A DNA stretch of 64,000 nt. Origin: an uncultured Subdoligranulum sp. (GTDB lineage: Bacteria; Bacillota; Clostridia; Christensenellales; CAG-314). Position 1 is the stretch's first letter, and each line of letters begins with the position of its first letter. The translations under genes and the position numbers were made by a program. This document shows, one piece after another, positions 18,604-28,623 of this stretch. Below the pieces are notes generated by a model that saw only the letters and a list, made by a program, of their open reading frames with translations, had not been told where the DNA came from and did no database searches. The DNA lies in assembly GCA_964612455.1 (NCBI GenBank), contig CAZTCB010000003.1, forward strand, positions 1,953 to 65,952. Direction: 5' to 3'.

Positions 18604-19181
18604 AGTTCTTCCTCCGCTTGGCACTGTCTGACGTACAAAGGCTCGAGTCGAGTAGAAAAGCACCCGTTTTTCAACTTATCGCGCACCTGAGCCTCTATCG
18701 CGTCCGAATAGTCCATGTCGGCGTCGAAACACACCGTACCGGGCAACGCGGAAATTTCTTTTGCCTTAGCGTCGTCTATCAACGTCGGCGCGACTATCTC
18801 CTCGAGACCGTCGTAAACCGCGTAGTAGTACCCTTTGCCTGCGTCGTATATACAATTTGTGACTCCGTTTTTAGTATATGCGAGAGTTTGCAAAGAGTTT
18901 ACGCTGATATATTTTTTATTAAAAGCAAAACTCAGCCCTTTTGCCGCGGACACGCCTACTCGTATCCCGGTAAAACTGCCGACGCCGATACCTACGGCAA
19001 AAACGTCGACGTCGGACACGGAAACTCTCGCCTCGCGTAAAACGTCCCGTACCGCGTCGTTGATAAGCACGCTGTGTTGTCTTTGGCTGTCGACGATAGT
19101 CTTTTTTATCGTTTTTTCGCCGTCAAGCACCAATACGTACATGTTTTTACTCGTCGTATCAATAACAAGAACCTTACTCAT
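18585..19181 (-). CDS. tsaB: tRNA t6A37 biosynthesis protein TsaB
   Basis: 198 aa with N-terminus VLVIDTTSK and an ASKHA-like fold pattern. It sits between tsaE and rimI. Confidence 0.85.
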   Translation of the reverse strand: MSKVLVIDTTSKNMYVLVLDGEKTIKKTIVDSQRQHSVLINDAVRDVLREARVSVSDVDVFAVGIGVGSFTGIRVGVSAAKGLSFAFNKKYISVNSLQTLAYTKNGVTNCIYDAGKGYYYAVYDGLEEIVAPTLIDDAKAKEISALPGTVCFDADMDYSDAIEAQVRDKLKNGCFSTRLEPLYVRQCQAEEELCKRGK

Positions 19182-19590
19182 CTATCACTATCTCCCTCGT
19201 ACAGTCGTCGACGACGTTTAACGATACTTTTTTTACCTTTTCGGGCAACAACCCCTTTACGTTTTGCCACCACTCGATAAACGATACTCCGCTTTCGTCG
19301 TAAAAGACGTCGGACAGACCGAGTTGATACGCCTCGTTTTCGTCCGATATCCGATAAAAATCAAAATGGTTGAATACGAGTTTTTTACCTTCGTATACGT
19401 TGTGCAAGGTAAAAGTCGGGCTCGTTACCACGTCCGCAACGCCCAATCCCGACGCGACGCCTTTGGCAAAATGCGTTTTCCCCGCGCCCAAAACTCCGTC
19501 TACGAGGACGACGTCTCCGCCGACGAGCGTCTCCGCAAATTTTTCGCCCGCCGCTATGGTTTGTTCTACAGATTTACTGATAATTTTCAT
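19174..19590 (-). CDS. tsaE: tRNA t6A37 biosynthesis ATPase TsaE
   Basis: 138 aa with P-loop GVLGAGKTHFAKG and the SPTFTL motif. Confidence 0.9.
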   Translation of the reverse strand: MKIISKSVEQTIAAGEKFAETLVGGDVVLVDGVLGAGKTHFAKGVASGLGVADVVTSPTFTLHNVYEGKKLVFNHFDFYRISDENEAYQLGLSDVFYDESGVSFIEWWQNVKGLLPEKVKKVSLNVVDDCTREIVIDE

Positions 19591-19627
19591 GATTTTATTT
19601 TAATACGTTTAACCGCAAAACGCAACG

Positions 19628-20329
19628 CTACCAACGTAAAATTTTTGAAAGTCGTTTATAAACGGCAAAAGTTATCCCGCCGCTGACGACACACCTCAAC
19701 GCATTGAAAGGCACAACTGCCAGCAAGATATAATAAAGGTAAAAACTGTCGGCGGTAATACCGCTGTAAAGCGGTTTTAGCATACCTACCAAACCGTCGA
19801 TGTTGCCGTCGAAAAACACGTTGACGTAAAACGGAATGAGCAAAAACGCGTTTGCAATCACCGATACGACGACGGCACTCGCCATACCGACCAAAAGTCC
19901 GATAAACGCGGATTTTTTAGTTTTATTGCGCTTATATATCAGACTCGACGGCAAAACAAAAGCAATACCGACTAGTATATCTGCGATTTCTCCGACGCAC
20001 CCGGTAGAAGTCAAAGGCATCTTTAACAGGCACTTGAGCACCACTATGACGCAACCCCAGATCGGACCGAGCACAAACCCGCCCAACAGCGCGGGGAGGT
20101 CGGATATCTGCATTTCCAAAAATTCCGGAAAGATAAACGGCAGATTGAATTTAGCCAATACGTACAATATCCATGCGATTGCGGTGAGGATAGCGGTCGT
20201 AGCAACTATCGACGCGCGTTTTTTACTTCTCGTTCGCTCGTGCTCATTGGTCGGCAGATTTTCGTTAGTCTCGATACCGTCAATTTTTTGTTCGGGCGAT
20301 TGCGTGGTTTGTTTTTCTTTTTTCGACAT
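19628..20329 (-). CDS. ribU: Riboflavin ECF-transporter S component RibU (with an N-terminal hydrophilic extension)
   Basis: Polytopic membrane protein directly downstream of an FMN riboswitch. RibU-like segments are ISDLPALLGGFVLGP and GEIADILVG. Confidence 0.8.
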   Translation of the reverse strand: MSKKEKQTTQSPEQKIDGIETNENLPTNEHERTRSKKRASIVATTAILTAIAWILYVLAKFNLPFIFPEFLEMQISDLPALLGGFVLGPIWGCVIVVLKCLLKMPLTSTGCVGEIADILVGIAFVLPSSLIYKRNKTKKSAFIGLLVGMASAVVVSVIANAFLLIPFYVNVFFDGNIDGLVGMLKPLYSGITADSFYLYYILLAVVPFNALRCVVSGGITFAVYKRLSKILRW

Positions 20330-20339
20330 AAAAAAACCC

Positions 20340-20550
20340 TCCTATTACAGAGGGGCATCGTTTTTCGATATTTGCTTAAAGCCGCCAAACACTTAAAGCT
20401 GCCAAACATATGTCAAAACTTTTTTCATCCGGACTATACCGTCGGTGCGAGAATCTCACTCGCTCGGCAGCCTATCGGCTGTTCGTGGACTGTTACCACC
20501 GGTAAGGAATCGCACCTTGCCCCAAAGTTCGGTATCATTATAATACCGCG
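20340..20550 (-). promoter_or_regulatory. FMN (RFN) riboswitch
   Basis: The minus strand reads GGGGCAAGGTGCGATTCCTTACCGGTGGTAACAGTCCACGA...CCGACGGTATAGTCCGGATGAAAA, which matches the RFN core. A hairpin CCCTC/GAGGG overlaps the GGAGGG RBS. Confidence 0.9.
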
Positions 20551-20565
20551 GCAATACCTTGTCAA
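20537..20565 (-). promoter_or_regulatory. Perfect consensus sigmaA promoter driving the FMN riboswitch and ribU
   Basis: Minus strand: TTGACA, a 17-nt spacer, then TATAAT. Confidence 0.8.
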
Positions 20566-20579
20566 GTTTTTTTGCAATA

Positions 20580-20617
20580 AAAAAAACGACGAAAGCAAAT
20601 AGTTCCGTCGTTTTTTT
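20580..20617. terminator. Terminator after the DUF378 gene
   Basis: Stem acgacg/cgtcgt flanked by long A and T runs, immediately 3' of the stop at 20626. Confidence 0.55.
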
Positions 20618-20625
20618 CGCAGGCA

Positions 20626-20853
20626 TTAAGCCGTCATTCTGTTGTTTTTACGTTTACCTTCGTTTTCGACCGCCAACCAACAAATCATATAAATCGCAGC
20701 CAATCCGACGAGGATATAAACGATGCTGGCAATCCACGGTGCAAAACCGAACACCCAATCGACGACGTTAAAGCGGAAAATACCCACTATCAACCAATTG
20801 ATACCGCCGATGATAGTCAAAATCAACGCAAAAATGGACCAAAAGTTTTTCAT
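20626..20853 (-). CDS. DUF378 family small membrane protein
   Basis: 75 aa with two TM helices and the GGINWLIVG motif characteristic of DUF378. GGAGG RBS. Confidence 0.8.
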   Translation of the reverse strand: MKNFWSIFALILTIIGGINWLIVGIFRFNVVDWVFGFAPWIASIVYILVGLAAIYMICWLAVENEGKRKNNRMTA

Positions 20854-20969
20854 TTCTACCTCCGTTTAATTTTAATGTGCGCCTTTTTTTAATAATTATT
20901 TATCGTTTTTAATCTTTCGTCTTAAAGGCTCGATTTTTGCTTGTTTTTTTTTGCGAAAAATGATAACAT

Positions 20970-21488
20970 ATGCTTATGACTACCTTAAAAAACCAAGGAA
21001 AAACAAAACTGTCGACAACTCGCTTTTTTTGCTACAACGGCATTATCGCCGCGGTATATCTGGCTTTGGTATACGTATTTCAATTTATGAGTTTCGGCAC
21101 CGTGCAATTCAGAATAGCGGAATGCTTAACCATACTGCCGGCGTTGTTTCCATTTAGCACTGCGGGGCTTGCCGTAGGGTGTTTTTTAAGCAACATGGCG
21201 TCGACATGGGGGTGGATAGACGTCATATCCGGCACCTTGTGTACCGTGGTGGCAGGGCTGTTGACGTCGGTAATAAAAAAACCTTATTTTGCCACATTGC
21301 CGCCTATATTGATAAACAGTTTCGTTTTACCTCTCGTCTGGTTTTTGTTTGCAGGCGAAACCGCCTATTGGGTAAACGTACTGTGGGTACTAATCGGTCA
21401 AACGATTGTACTGTACCTCCTCGGTATTCCGTTGTATTATCTTGCAAAAAAACATCTGGCGCCTATCGTATACGGCAACGCGCAATAA
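20970..21488 (+). CDS. queT: Queuosine-precursor ECF-transporter S component QueT
   Basis: 172 aa, polytopic, with QueT-like FGTVQFRIAECLTILP. The start codon is uncertain because no good RBS precedes either ATG. Confidence 0.7.
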   Translation: MLMTTLKNQGKTKLSTTRFFCYNGIIAAVYLALVYVFQFMSFGTVQFRIAECLTILPALFPFSTAGLAVGCFLSNMASTWGWIDVISGTLCTVVAGLLTSVIKKPYFATLPPILINSFVLPLVWFLFAGETAYWVNVLWVLIGQTIVLYLLGIPLYYLAKKHLAPIVYGNAQ

Positions 21489-21526
21489 TTCCACCCCGTC
21501 CATATCGATTTGAAAATTTTAGCAAC

Positions 21527-21558
21527 TAAAAAAACCTCGAGAGTACTCGAGGTTTTTT
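21527..21558. terminator. Bidirectional intrinsic terminator
   Basis: Stem cctcgag/ctcgagg flanked by A8 and T6, between convergent genes. Confidence 0.85.
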
Positions 21559-21573
21559 ATCTTTCATCATGTT

Positions 21574-22035
21574 TTAAACGTCCGCAGCGTCTAGTATTTC
21601 GTTATCGTCGTCACCGAAAAGTTCTCTTTTTTTCTTGTCGTATTCTTCTTGCGTTATCATTTTTTCCTTTAACATTGTTTCATATCCGACAAGCATTGCT
21701 ATTTTTTCTTTTTGCTCGGAGGAAACGTTATTCATACAATCTTTGACGTTCAGCATAGAATTTTTCCAGATGAACAATGCCAAGGGTACCAATATGGCGG
21801 GGAAACCCGTACCAAACATGTCAAAGTAATCGGCAAAGTATCCAATTTCCTTATCGCCAGTATCTATACAAAAATAGCACACCGTATATCCTATCAAGAG
21901 CATAGTCATAACGACGGTCAAAATCACCATCGATTTTTTTGACATTTTCTTTTTTGCGGTGAATGTAAATACTATAGCAAAAACGTAATATACCACACAA
22001 ATAATCATATAGACAATCTTAATCTTATCTATCAT
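21574..22035 (-). CDS. Membrane protein with a C-terminal SHOCT domain
   Basis: Four hydrophobic helices and the C-terminal MLKEKMITQEEYDKKKRELFG (SHOCT pattern). The gene is AT-rich. The ATG at 22035 is preferred over the GTG at 22044. Confidence 0.6.
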   Translation of the reverse strand: MIDKIKIVYMIICVVYYVFAIVFTFTAKKKMSKKSMVILTVVMTMLLIGYTVCYFCIDTGDKEIGYFADYFDMFGTGFPAILVPLALFIWKNSMLNVKDCMNNVSSEQKEKIAMLVGYETMLKEKMITQEEYDKKKRELFGDDDNEILDAADV

Positions 22036-22249
22036 GCGAAACACCTACCGTTTTCTTCTCCGTCAAGTTTATCAATCATTAAAACTTCCCTTTTATGTGA
22101 TTTTAGCATATCTTTACAAGAAAAGCAATTCAACCGCTATTTTTTTTGCTTGTTTAGTATCGTTAGTTACAAAAACATGAAATTTGTCAACAAAGCAAAA
22201 CCCCGAAAGTTGTTGCACTTTATTTTTTATGGACTTTAGCAGAGAACGT

Positions 22250-25084
22250 TTAGCTAACGCTGTCGTCTTGTTTTAACATTCTTTTTAAAAAACGTCCGGT
22301 ATAACTATCGGGACATTCCGAAACTTTTTCGGGAGTGCCGCAGACCACGAGGTTTCCGCCCTTGTCGCCGCCTTCCGCACCGAGGTCTATGATATTGTCG
22401 GCAACTTTGATGACGTCGAGATTGTGCTCAATCACCACTACCGTGTTGCCCTTTGCTACAAGTGCTTGAAGTATCTGTATCAGTTTTTCGACGTCGGCGG
22501 TAGCGAGCCCCGTCGTGGGTTCATCAAGAAGGTAAATGGTGTTACCCGTGTTGCGTTTACTGAGTTCCGTACTGAGTTTGACGCGTTGCGCCTCGCCACC
22601 CGAAAGGCTGGTGGCAGACTGACCGAGTTTGACGTAACCGAGACCGACGTCGTACAAAGTCTGAAGTTTGTTTTTTATCGGAGAAATGTTTTCAAAAAAC
22701 TTTAATGCGTCCTCTACGCGCATGTCGAGGACGTCGGCAATGTTTTTACCCTTATACTTGACCTGCAACGTTTCGCGATTGTAGCGCGCGCCGTGACACA
22801 CCTCGCAAGGGACGTAAACGTCGGGGAGAAAGTTCATTTCTATTTTTAGTATGCCGTCGCCGCTACAGTTTTCGCACCTGCCGCCGCTGACGTTAAAACT
22901 GAACCGACCTGCGGTATAACCGCGTTCTTTTGCGTCGGGCGTGGACGCAAAAAGTTTTCGGATATGGTCAAACATACCCGTGTAGGTTGCGGGATTGCTA
23001 CGGGGCGTGCGACCGATAGGCGACTGGTCTATCACTATGGCGTTGTCAAAATACTCGCTACCCGTTATTTGCCTGCAATCCGTCTTTTGAAAACGAGCGT
23101 GATTGAGTTTATTTAAGAGGTACGGGGCAAGAATTTCGTTGATAAGACTGCTTTTTCCGCTACCCGACACTCCCGTAACGACGGTCAGTAACCCCACGGG
23201 TATCTCCACGTCGATATTTTTTAAATTGTTTTTGGTCGCGCCGAAGATTTTTATGCTTTTGCCGTTGCTCCGACGTCTTTCGGACGGGACGGGTATCGAT
23301 TTTTTACCGCTAAGGTACTGTCCCGTGACCGATTGCTCGCAATTCATCACATCCTGAGGCGTACCGCAAACGACTACCTGTCCGCCATGAACGCCGGCAC
23401 CCGGACCGATATCCACTACGTAATCCGCCGCACGGATTGTATCTTCGTCATGCTCTACTACTATGACGGTGTTGCCGAGATCGCGCAAATTGCAAAGGGT
23501 ATCTATCAACTTTTGATTGTCGCGCTGGTGTAAACCTATACTCGGTTCGTCCAAAATGTACAATACTCCCGTAAGCCCGCTACCTATCTGCGTGGCAAGT
23601 CGTATACGCTGTGCCTCGCCGCCCGACAAAGTACCCGCGCCGCGGTTGAGCGTTAAGTAATCGAGACCTACGTCACACAAAAATTTGAGGCGCGCTTTAA
23701 TTTCCTTAAGCAAAACGCCGGCGATGGTCTGTTGGGTTTCCGTCAACTGCAGTCCGTTGAAAAACTCAGACATTTTATTCATCGGCAATTCGCAAATCTC
23801 CCAGATGTTTTTGCCGCCGACCTTGACGGACAAGACTTCTTTTTTCAACCTTTTGCCATGGCATGTAGGACAAGGCATGGTAACGAGGTATTTTTCATAC
23901 TCGCGCTTGACTATTTCGCTGGTCGTTTCGGCATAACGCCGCTCGAGCATAGGGACTATACCCTCCCACTTTGCCATATAGTAACCGGCGGACGTGCTGC
24001 CCTCGTAGTCAAAACGAATACGCTCGCCCTTGCTACCGTACATTATCGCGTCGTAAGCGTTTTTTGGCAATTGGCTCACGGGGACGTCGCACGAAAAACC
24101 GTAATGACGGGAAAGCGACTTGAAATAATAATCTATACGAGAACCGTTTTCAAAATTAAATCCCATCATGCGAATCGCACCCTCTGAAATGCTCTTCGTT
24201 TTGTCGGGAATAATAAGGTTTTCGTCAAAACGTTGTTTAAATCCCAATCCCGCACAATCGGGGCAAGCTCCGAACGGACTGTTGAAACTAAACATACGCG
24301 GCTCTAACTCTTCTATCGTCACACCGCAATCGGGACAGGCATATTTGGTAGAAAACAATATTTCGTCGGTACCCGTGTCGATTAAAACAAGCCCGTCGGC
24401 AAGTTTTATCGCTGTCTCGAGACTATCGTAAAGACGTTGTTGAACGTTATCTTTAATAACGATGCGGTCGACTACGACGGATATGGTGTGTTTTATTTGT
24501 TTGTCGAGGACAATTTCTTCGTCCAGAGTTTTTATCTCGCCGTCGACTTTAACTCGCACGAAACCTTGTTTTTTATACCCCTCGAACAACGTGCGATACT
24601 CGCCCTTGCGACTGCGCACGACGGGAGCAAGAACCTGTATTTTCGTCCCGTTACCGAGTGCGGTTACTCTGTCGGCAATCTGGTCGACGGTCTGGCGAGA
24701 AATTTCTTTGCCGCAATCGGGGCAATACGGGGTACCGATACGAGCGTAAAGCAAACGGATATAGTCGTATATCTCCGTAACCGTGCCGACCGTGCTGCGA
24801 GGATTGTTGTTGGTGGACTTTTGGTCGATGGATATCGCAGGCGAAAGCCCCTCTATCGACTCGACGTCGGGTTTGTCCATTTGCCCCAAAAACTGACGGG
24901 CATAAGCCGAAAGGCTCTCGACGTATCGACGCTGACCTTCCGCAAAAATAGTATCGAATGCAAGACTGCTTTTTCCGCTGCCCGAAATGCCCGTAAACAA
25001 AACGAGTTTGTTACGAGGTATCGTAAGGGACACGCCCTTGAGATTGTTTTCTCTTGCGTTTTTAATAATGATATCTTTCATCAA
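22250..25084 (-). CDS. uvrA: Excinuclease ABC subunit UvrA
   Basis: 944 aa with duplicated ABC modules (GISGSGKSSLAFD and GVSGSGKSSLINE) and zinc-finger Cys clusters. Confidence 0.97.
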   Translation of the reverse strand: MMKDIIIKNARENNLKGVSLTIPRNKLVLFTGISGSGKSSLAFDTIFAEGQRRYVESLSAYARQFLGQMDKPDVESIEGLSPAISIDQKSTNNNPRSTVGTVTEIYDYIRLLYARIGTPYCPDCGKEISRQTVDQIADRVTALGNGTKIQVLAPVVRSRKGEYRTLFEGYKKQGFVRVKVDGEIKTLDEEIVLDKQIKHTISVVVDRIVIKDNVQQRLYDSLETAIKLADGLVLIDTGTDEILFSTKYACPDCGVTIEELEPRMFSFNSPFGACPDCAGLGFKQRFDENLIIPDKTKSISEGAIRMMGFNFENGSRIDYYFKSLSRHYGFSCDVPVSQLPKNAYDAIMYGSKGERIRFDYEGSTSAGYYMAKWEGIVPMLERRYAETTSEIVKREYEKYLVTMPCPTCHGKRLKKEVLSVKVGGKNIWEICELPMNKMSEFFNGLQLTETQQTIAGVLLKEIKARLKFLCDVGLDYLTLNRGAGTLSGGEAQRIRLATQIGSGLTGVLYILDEPSIGLHQRDNQKLIDTLCNLRDLGNTVIVVEHDEDTIRAADYVVDIGPGAGVHGGQVVVCGTPQDVMNCEQSVTGQYLSGKKSIPVPSERRRSNGKSIKIFGATKNNLKNIDVEIPVGLLTVVTGVSGSGKSSLINEILAPYLLNKLNHARFQKTDCRQITGSEYFDNAIVIDQSPIGRTPRSNPATYTGMFDHIRKLFASTPDAKERGYTAGRFSFNVSGGRCENCSGDGILKIEMNFLPDVYVPCEVCHGARYNRETLQVKYKGKNIADVLDMRVEDALKFFENISPIKNKLQTLYDVGLGYVKLGQSATSLSGGEAQRVKLSTELSKRNTGNTIYLLDEPTTGLATADVEKLIQILQALVAKGNTVVVIEHNLDVIKVADNIIDLGAEGGDKGGNLVVCGTPEKVSECPDSYTGRFLKRMLKQDDSVS

Positions 25085-25123
25085 TCTGTTTCCGTCCGAT
25101 TTTTTATTAGCGTTGCATCCTGC

Positions 25124-27124
25124 CTATTTACCCTCGGGTTTGGACTTAGTCCTATGCTTTTTACTTTTGGCGTCTTGCAATCGTTTTATTTGGTTTGCAA
25201 TCTGCGCAGACTGTTCTCTCAGTACTATCGCGCGTTCAAAGTCAAGATTGCTCGCGGCTATCTTCATTGCCGAAGTAACCTTGCTCAATTGCTCGGTCAA
25301 ATCTGCTATGGTGGAGGTGTCCGACGCTTTTTGGCTGATATTCAACGTGTTTTTTGCCTCATGCACTATGGTGCGAGGCACTATGCCGTTGGCCTTGTTA
25401 AAGTCGTCCTGTATCTTGCGACGACGGTTTGTTTCGTCTATCGCACGGCGCATGCTGCCCGTAACAACGTCGGCATACATGATAACACGACCTTTCGCAT
25501 TACGCGCCGCCCTGCCTATCGTCTGTATCAGACTCGACTCGCTGCGCAAAAAGCCCTCTTTGTCGGCGTCGAGTATGGCAACCAGCTCCACTTGAGGTAT
25601 ATCCAAACCCTCTCTCAAAAGGTTGATGCCGACCAGTACGTCAAAATCGCCGTTTTTTAGCGCGCCGACTATCTCAACGCGCTCCAACGTATCTATATCG
25701 CTGTGCATATAGCGTACGCGCACGTCGCGTTGGGCAAGATAATCCGTAAGCGACTCCGCCATACGTTTGGTCAGCGTAGTGACCAAAACTCGTCCCCCGT
25801 CTTTGGTAACTTGGTTGATTTCGCCGAGCAAGTCGTCTATCTGCCCGTCGATTTTTCGTACCGACACCTCGGGATCGAGCAACCCAGTCGGACGAATAAC
25901 CTGTTCAACCACCTGCCCCGCCTGTCCGAGCTCGTACTCGTCGGGAGTGGCCGAAACGCAAATCAACTGCCCGACGCGAGCGTCAAACTCTTCAAACTTT
26001 AGCGGGCGATTGTCATAGGCGGATTTCAACCTGAAACCGTATTGTACGAGATTGTCTTTTCGCGCTCTGTCACCGTTGTACATACCCCGTACTTGCGGCA
26101 ATGTGATGTGACTCTCGTCTACGAAGGTCAAAAAGTCCTCGGGAAAGTAATCCAGCAACGTGTACGGGGGCTGTCCTACCTGCCGTCCGTCAAAATAACG
26201 AGAGTAGTTTTCAATACCGCTGGTATATCCCATCTCTTTTAACATTTCGAGGTCGTAATTGACGCGTTGATTGAGCCGATACGCCTCTATGCCCTTGCCC
26301 ATAGCCTCAAGCTCCGCAACTTCTGTTTCTTTGTCCTTTGCGATATGAGAAAGGCAACTCTCCATAGTGCCGCCAGACACTATATAGTGCGTCGCGGGAA
26401 AAACGAAACAGTGCAACAAAGTACAAATCGTTTTGCCCGATACCGCCTCGTTTTCGGTAATACGCTCTACTTCGTCGCCGAAAAACTCTATCCTGACGGT
26501 TTTTTCCGAGCTGTCTGCGGGAAAAACCTCCACTATATCGCCGCGCACCCTAAAAGTACCACGTCTGAAATCGACGTCGGCTCGCTTGTACTGCATATCG
26601 ACGAGTTTTGCTATCACTTCTTCCCTCGTCACAGAGTCGCCGGGGCGCAACGAAAGGCTCATTTTGTAATACTCGCCCGGTGCGCCGAGACCGTAAATGC
26701 AACTGACCGACGCAACGACTATCGTATCGCGTCTTTCAAACAAACTACACGTTGCGGAATGGCGAAGTTTGTCTATCTCGTCGTTGATAGACAGCTCTTT
26801 TTCTATATAAAGGTCTCGACTCGGAATATAACTCTCGGGCATATAGTAGTCGTAATAACTGACGAAAAACTCAACGCGGTTTTCGGGAAAAAACTCTCTG
26901 AACTCGTTGCACAACTGAGCCGCCAAAGTTTTATTGTGGCTTATTATAAGCGCGGGACGATTTGTCTCCGCGATGACGTTTGCCATAGTAAAAGTTTTAC
27001 CGCTACCCGTCACGCCGCGCAAAACCTGAGTGCGCAAACCGTTGTTGACGCCCTCAACCAATTTTTTTATGGCTTGCGGTTGATCGCCGCAAGGTTTATA
27101 GTTTGATACGAGTTTAAAGTCCAT
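25124..27124 (-). CDS. uvrB: Excinuclease ABC subunit UvrB
   Basis: 666 aa with helicase motifs ([16 protein letters not shown]) and a C-terminal UVR domain. Confidence 0.97.
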   Translation of the reverse strand: MDFKLVSNYKPCGDQPQAIKKLVEGVNNGLRTQVLRGVTGSGKTFTMANVIAETNRPALIISHNKTLAAQLCNEFREFFPENRVEFFVSYYDYYMPESYIPSRDLYIEKELSINDEIDKLRHSATCSLFERRDTIVVASVSCIYGLGAPGEYYKMSLSLRPGDSVTREEVIAKLVDMQYKRADVDFRRGTFRVRGDIVEVFPADSSEKTVRIEFFGDEVERITENEAVSGKTICTLLHCFVFPATHYIVSGGTMESCLSHIAKDKETEVAELEAMGKGIEAYRLNQRVNYDLEMLKEMGYTSGIENYSRYFDGRQVGQPPYTLLDYFPEDFLTFVDESHITLPQVRGMYNGDRARKDNLVQYGFRLKSAYDNRPLKFEEFDARVGQLICVSATPDEYELGQAGQVVEQVIRPTGLLDPEVSVRKIDGQIDDLLGEINQVTKDGGRVLVTTLTKRMAESLTDYLAQRDVRVRYMHSDIDTLERVEIVGALKNGDFDVLVGINLLREGLDIPQVELVAILDADKEGFLRSESSLIQTIGRAARNAKGRVIMYADVVTGSMRRAIDETNRRRKIQDDFNKANGIVPRTIVHEAKNTLNISQKASDTSTIADLTEQLSKVTSAMKIAASNLDFERAIVLREQSAQIANQIKRLQDAKSKKHRTKSKPEGK

Positions 27125-27171
27125 TTCGCCTTATTGTTTTTTGCTTTTTCTTCCCTTTATAGCATGTCCAG

Positions 27172-27945
27172 TCAACGCTTGTTGCAATTGTAAACGATGT
27201 TTAACCCCTCGAGCGACAGACCTCTGTCCACCACGTCAAAAAACTTCTTTCCGTCAAAATCCAAAAGCTGACTCAAACCGCCAGTTGCGATGACTTTACA
27301 ATCGGGGTTTCCGAGCTCTTTTTTTAGTTTATCCACGATATACTCCACCTGCCCCGTCATGCCGTATATGACTCCGCTTTGAATGGCTTTTATCGTAGTA
27401 TTGGCGAGAACGTTTTCAGGGCGACACAGCTCCACCTCGGGCAAACACGCCGTAGAGGACGCAAGTCCCTTGATACCCGTCTTGATACCGACGGTGATAC
27501 AACCGCCGAGAAACTCGTTTTTTTCGTTAACCACGTTAAACGTAGTTGCCGTGCCGAAATCGATAAGGATAAACGGCGCACCGTATTTTTTACACGCGGC
27601 GACGCAATTGACTATCCTGTCGGCTCCGAGCTCACGCGGATTTTCGTACCTGACGTTCAGTCCCGTTTTTATCCCCGGTCCCACTATGAGCGGAGTAAAA
27701 CCGAAGTAGTACTCGAGCATGTGCGTAATGGTATAGTTGAGCTGAGGGATAACGCTGCTCACGACTCCCCCGCTGATTTGCGAAAGCTCTATCTGTTCGG
27801 AACGCATCAACTGCCGTATAATACTGCCGTGTTCGTCGCTGGTACGGGTGACGTCGGTAGAAATGCGCCAACTGTACCGCAATTCGTACTTTTCAAAAAG
27901 ACCTATTTTTATATTAGTATTACCTATATCTATCGCTATTATCAT
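27172..27945 (-). CDS. coaX: Type III pantothenate kinase
   Basis: 257 aa with N-terminus MIIAIDIGNTNIKIGLF and DFGTATTF, the ASKHA motifs of CoaX. Confidence 0.92.
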   Translation of the reverse strand: MIIAIDIGNTNIKIGLFEKYELRYSWRISTDVTRTSDEHGSIIRQLMRSEQIELSQISGGVVSSVIPQLNYTITHMLEYYFGFTPLIVGPGIKTGLNVRYENPRELGADRIVNCVAACKKYGAPFILIDFGTATTFNVVNEKNEFLGGCITVGIKTGIKGLASSTACLPEVELCRPENVLANTTIKAIQSGVIYGMTGQVEYIVDKLKKELGNPDCKVIATGGLSQLLDFDGKKFFDVVDRGLSLEGLNIVYNCNKR

Positions 27946-27951
27946 AGTCGT

Positions 27952-28623
27952 TTACTCCGATTTGTCAGTTTCGAGCAACGGGCTGCGCATTGCTTCTTCC
28001 CGCGCACGCTTGACGTTGTCTCCGTCGATACCGAGTTTTAATCCGCGCCTTACGCCTTTTACGACCAACGGCACAAAGACGAGACTGACGAGATACTCGG
28101 GAATGATATTTGTAAATATTACCGCTTTAATCGTGACGACGAGGGCAGTATACTCCTCTCCGACGATACTTTTGCCCACGTTAAGCGCGGACAAAAACAA
28201 AACGGTATTGAGCACAAGCCCGACAAAAACCGCGGCAACCATAGCAATATGCTGGTTTTTAGACGATTTTTTATCCTTTAAAAAGTAAAGAAGCAATTTG
28301 TAAACCGCAAACGCGCCTATCCCGACAAGACAACGAGGCAAAACGTAAATCGAAATACTCGAAACGCCAAACGTGGCAAACGTCGGTTCGCCAAACATAA
28401 AAGCTTTTAAAAAACTCGCCAATCCGAAAAATACGCCCGTCAAAAAAGCAATTAACCATTCGTCAAAAATAAGACAAAGACTGAAAGTAACGAGCAACAC
28501 CACTGCCGCCATCGATACGGGCAATGCCAGACTAAAAAGCTTGTCTATCATCATCGCCAAAAAAATAACGGCAAAGTAAATCGCGCAAAGCGCAACCCTG
28601 AAAGATTTTTTCCCGAAATCCAT
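27952..28623 (-). CDS. ECF-type S-component-like membrane protein, possibly a pantothenate transporter (PanT-like)
   Basis: 223 aa with 6 hydrophobic helices, 6 nt upstream of coaX. The substrate is assigned only by gene context. Confidence 0.45.
   Translation of the reverse strand: MDFGKKSFRVALCAIYFAVIFLAMMIDKLFSLALPVSMAAVVLLVTFSLCLIFDEWLIAFLTGVFFGLASFLKAFMFGEPTFATFGVSSISIYVLPRCLVGIGAFAVYKLLLYFLKDKKSSKNQHIAMVAAVFVGLVLNTVLFLSALNVGKSIVGEEYTALVVTIKAVIFTNIIPEYLVSLVFVPLVVKGVRRGLKLGIDGDNVKRAREEAMRSPLLETDKSE

Noticed and set aside
20240-20602. 120-aa plus-strand ORF over the ribU 5' region
   Set aside because: It overlaps the FMN riboswitch and promoter on the opposite strand, and the riboswitch explains the conservation-like structure.
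20945-21010. Possible preQ1 riboswitch at queT (A-rich tract ACCTTAAAAAACCAAGGAAAAAC)
   Set aside because: The A-rich tail and AAGG resemble the 3' part of preQ1-I, but I could not find the required P1 hairpin upstream. The tract also lies downstream of both candidate ATG codons. It would need a covariance-model scan.
24437-25660. 407-aa plus-strand ORF spanning the uvrA/uvrB junction
   Set aside because: It is entirely antisense to two strongly supported genes, crosses their intergenic region, has low-complexity composition and has no RBS. It is a typical shadow ORF.
26267-27106. 279-aa plus-strand ORF antisense to uvrB
   Set aside because: Shadow ORF inside a highly conserved gene with no independent signals.
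27379-28041. 220-aa plus-strand ORF antisense to coaX and the S-component gene
   Set aside because: Shadow ORF that crosses a gene boundary on the opposite strand.
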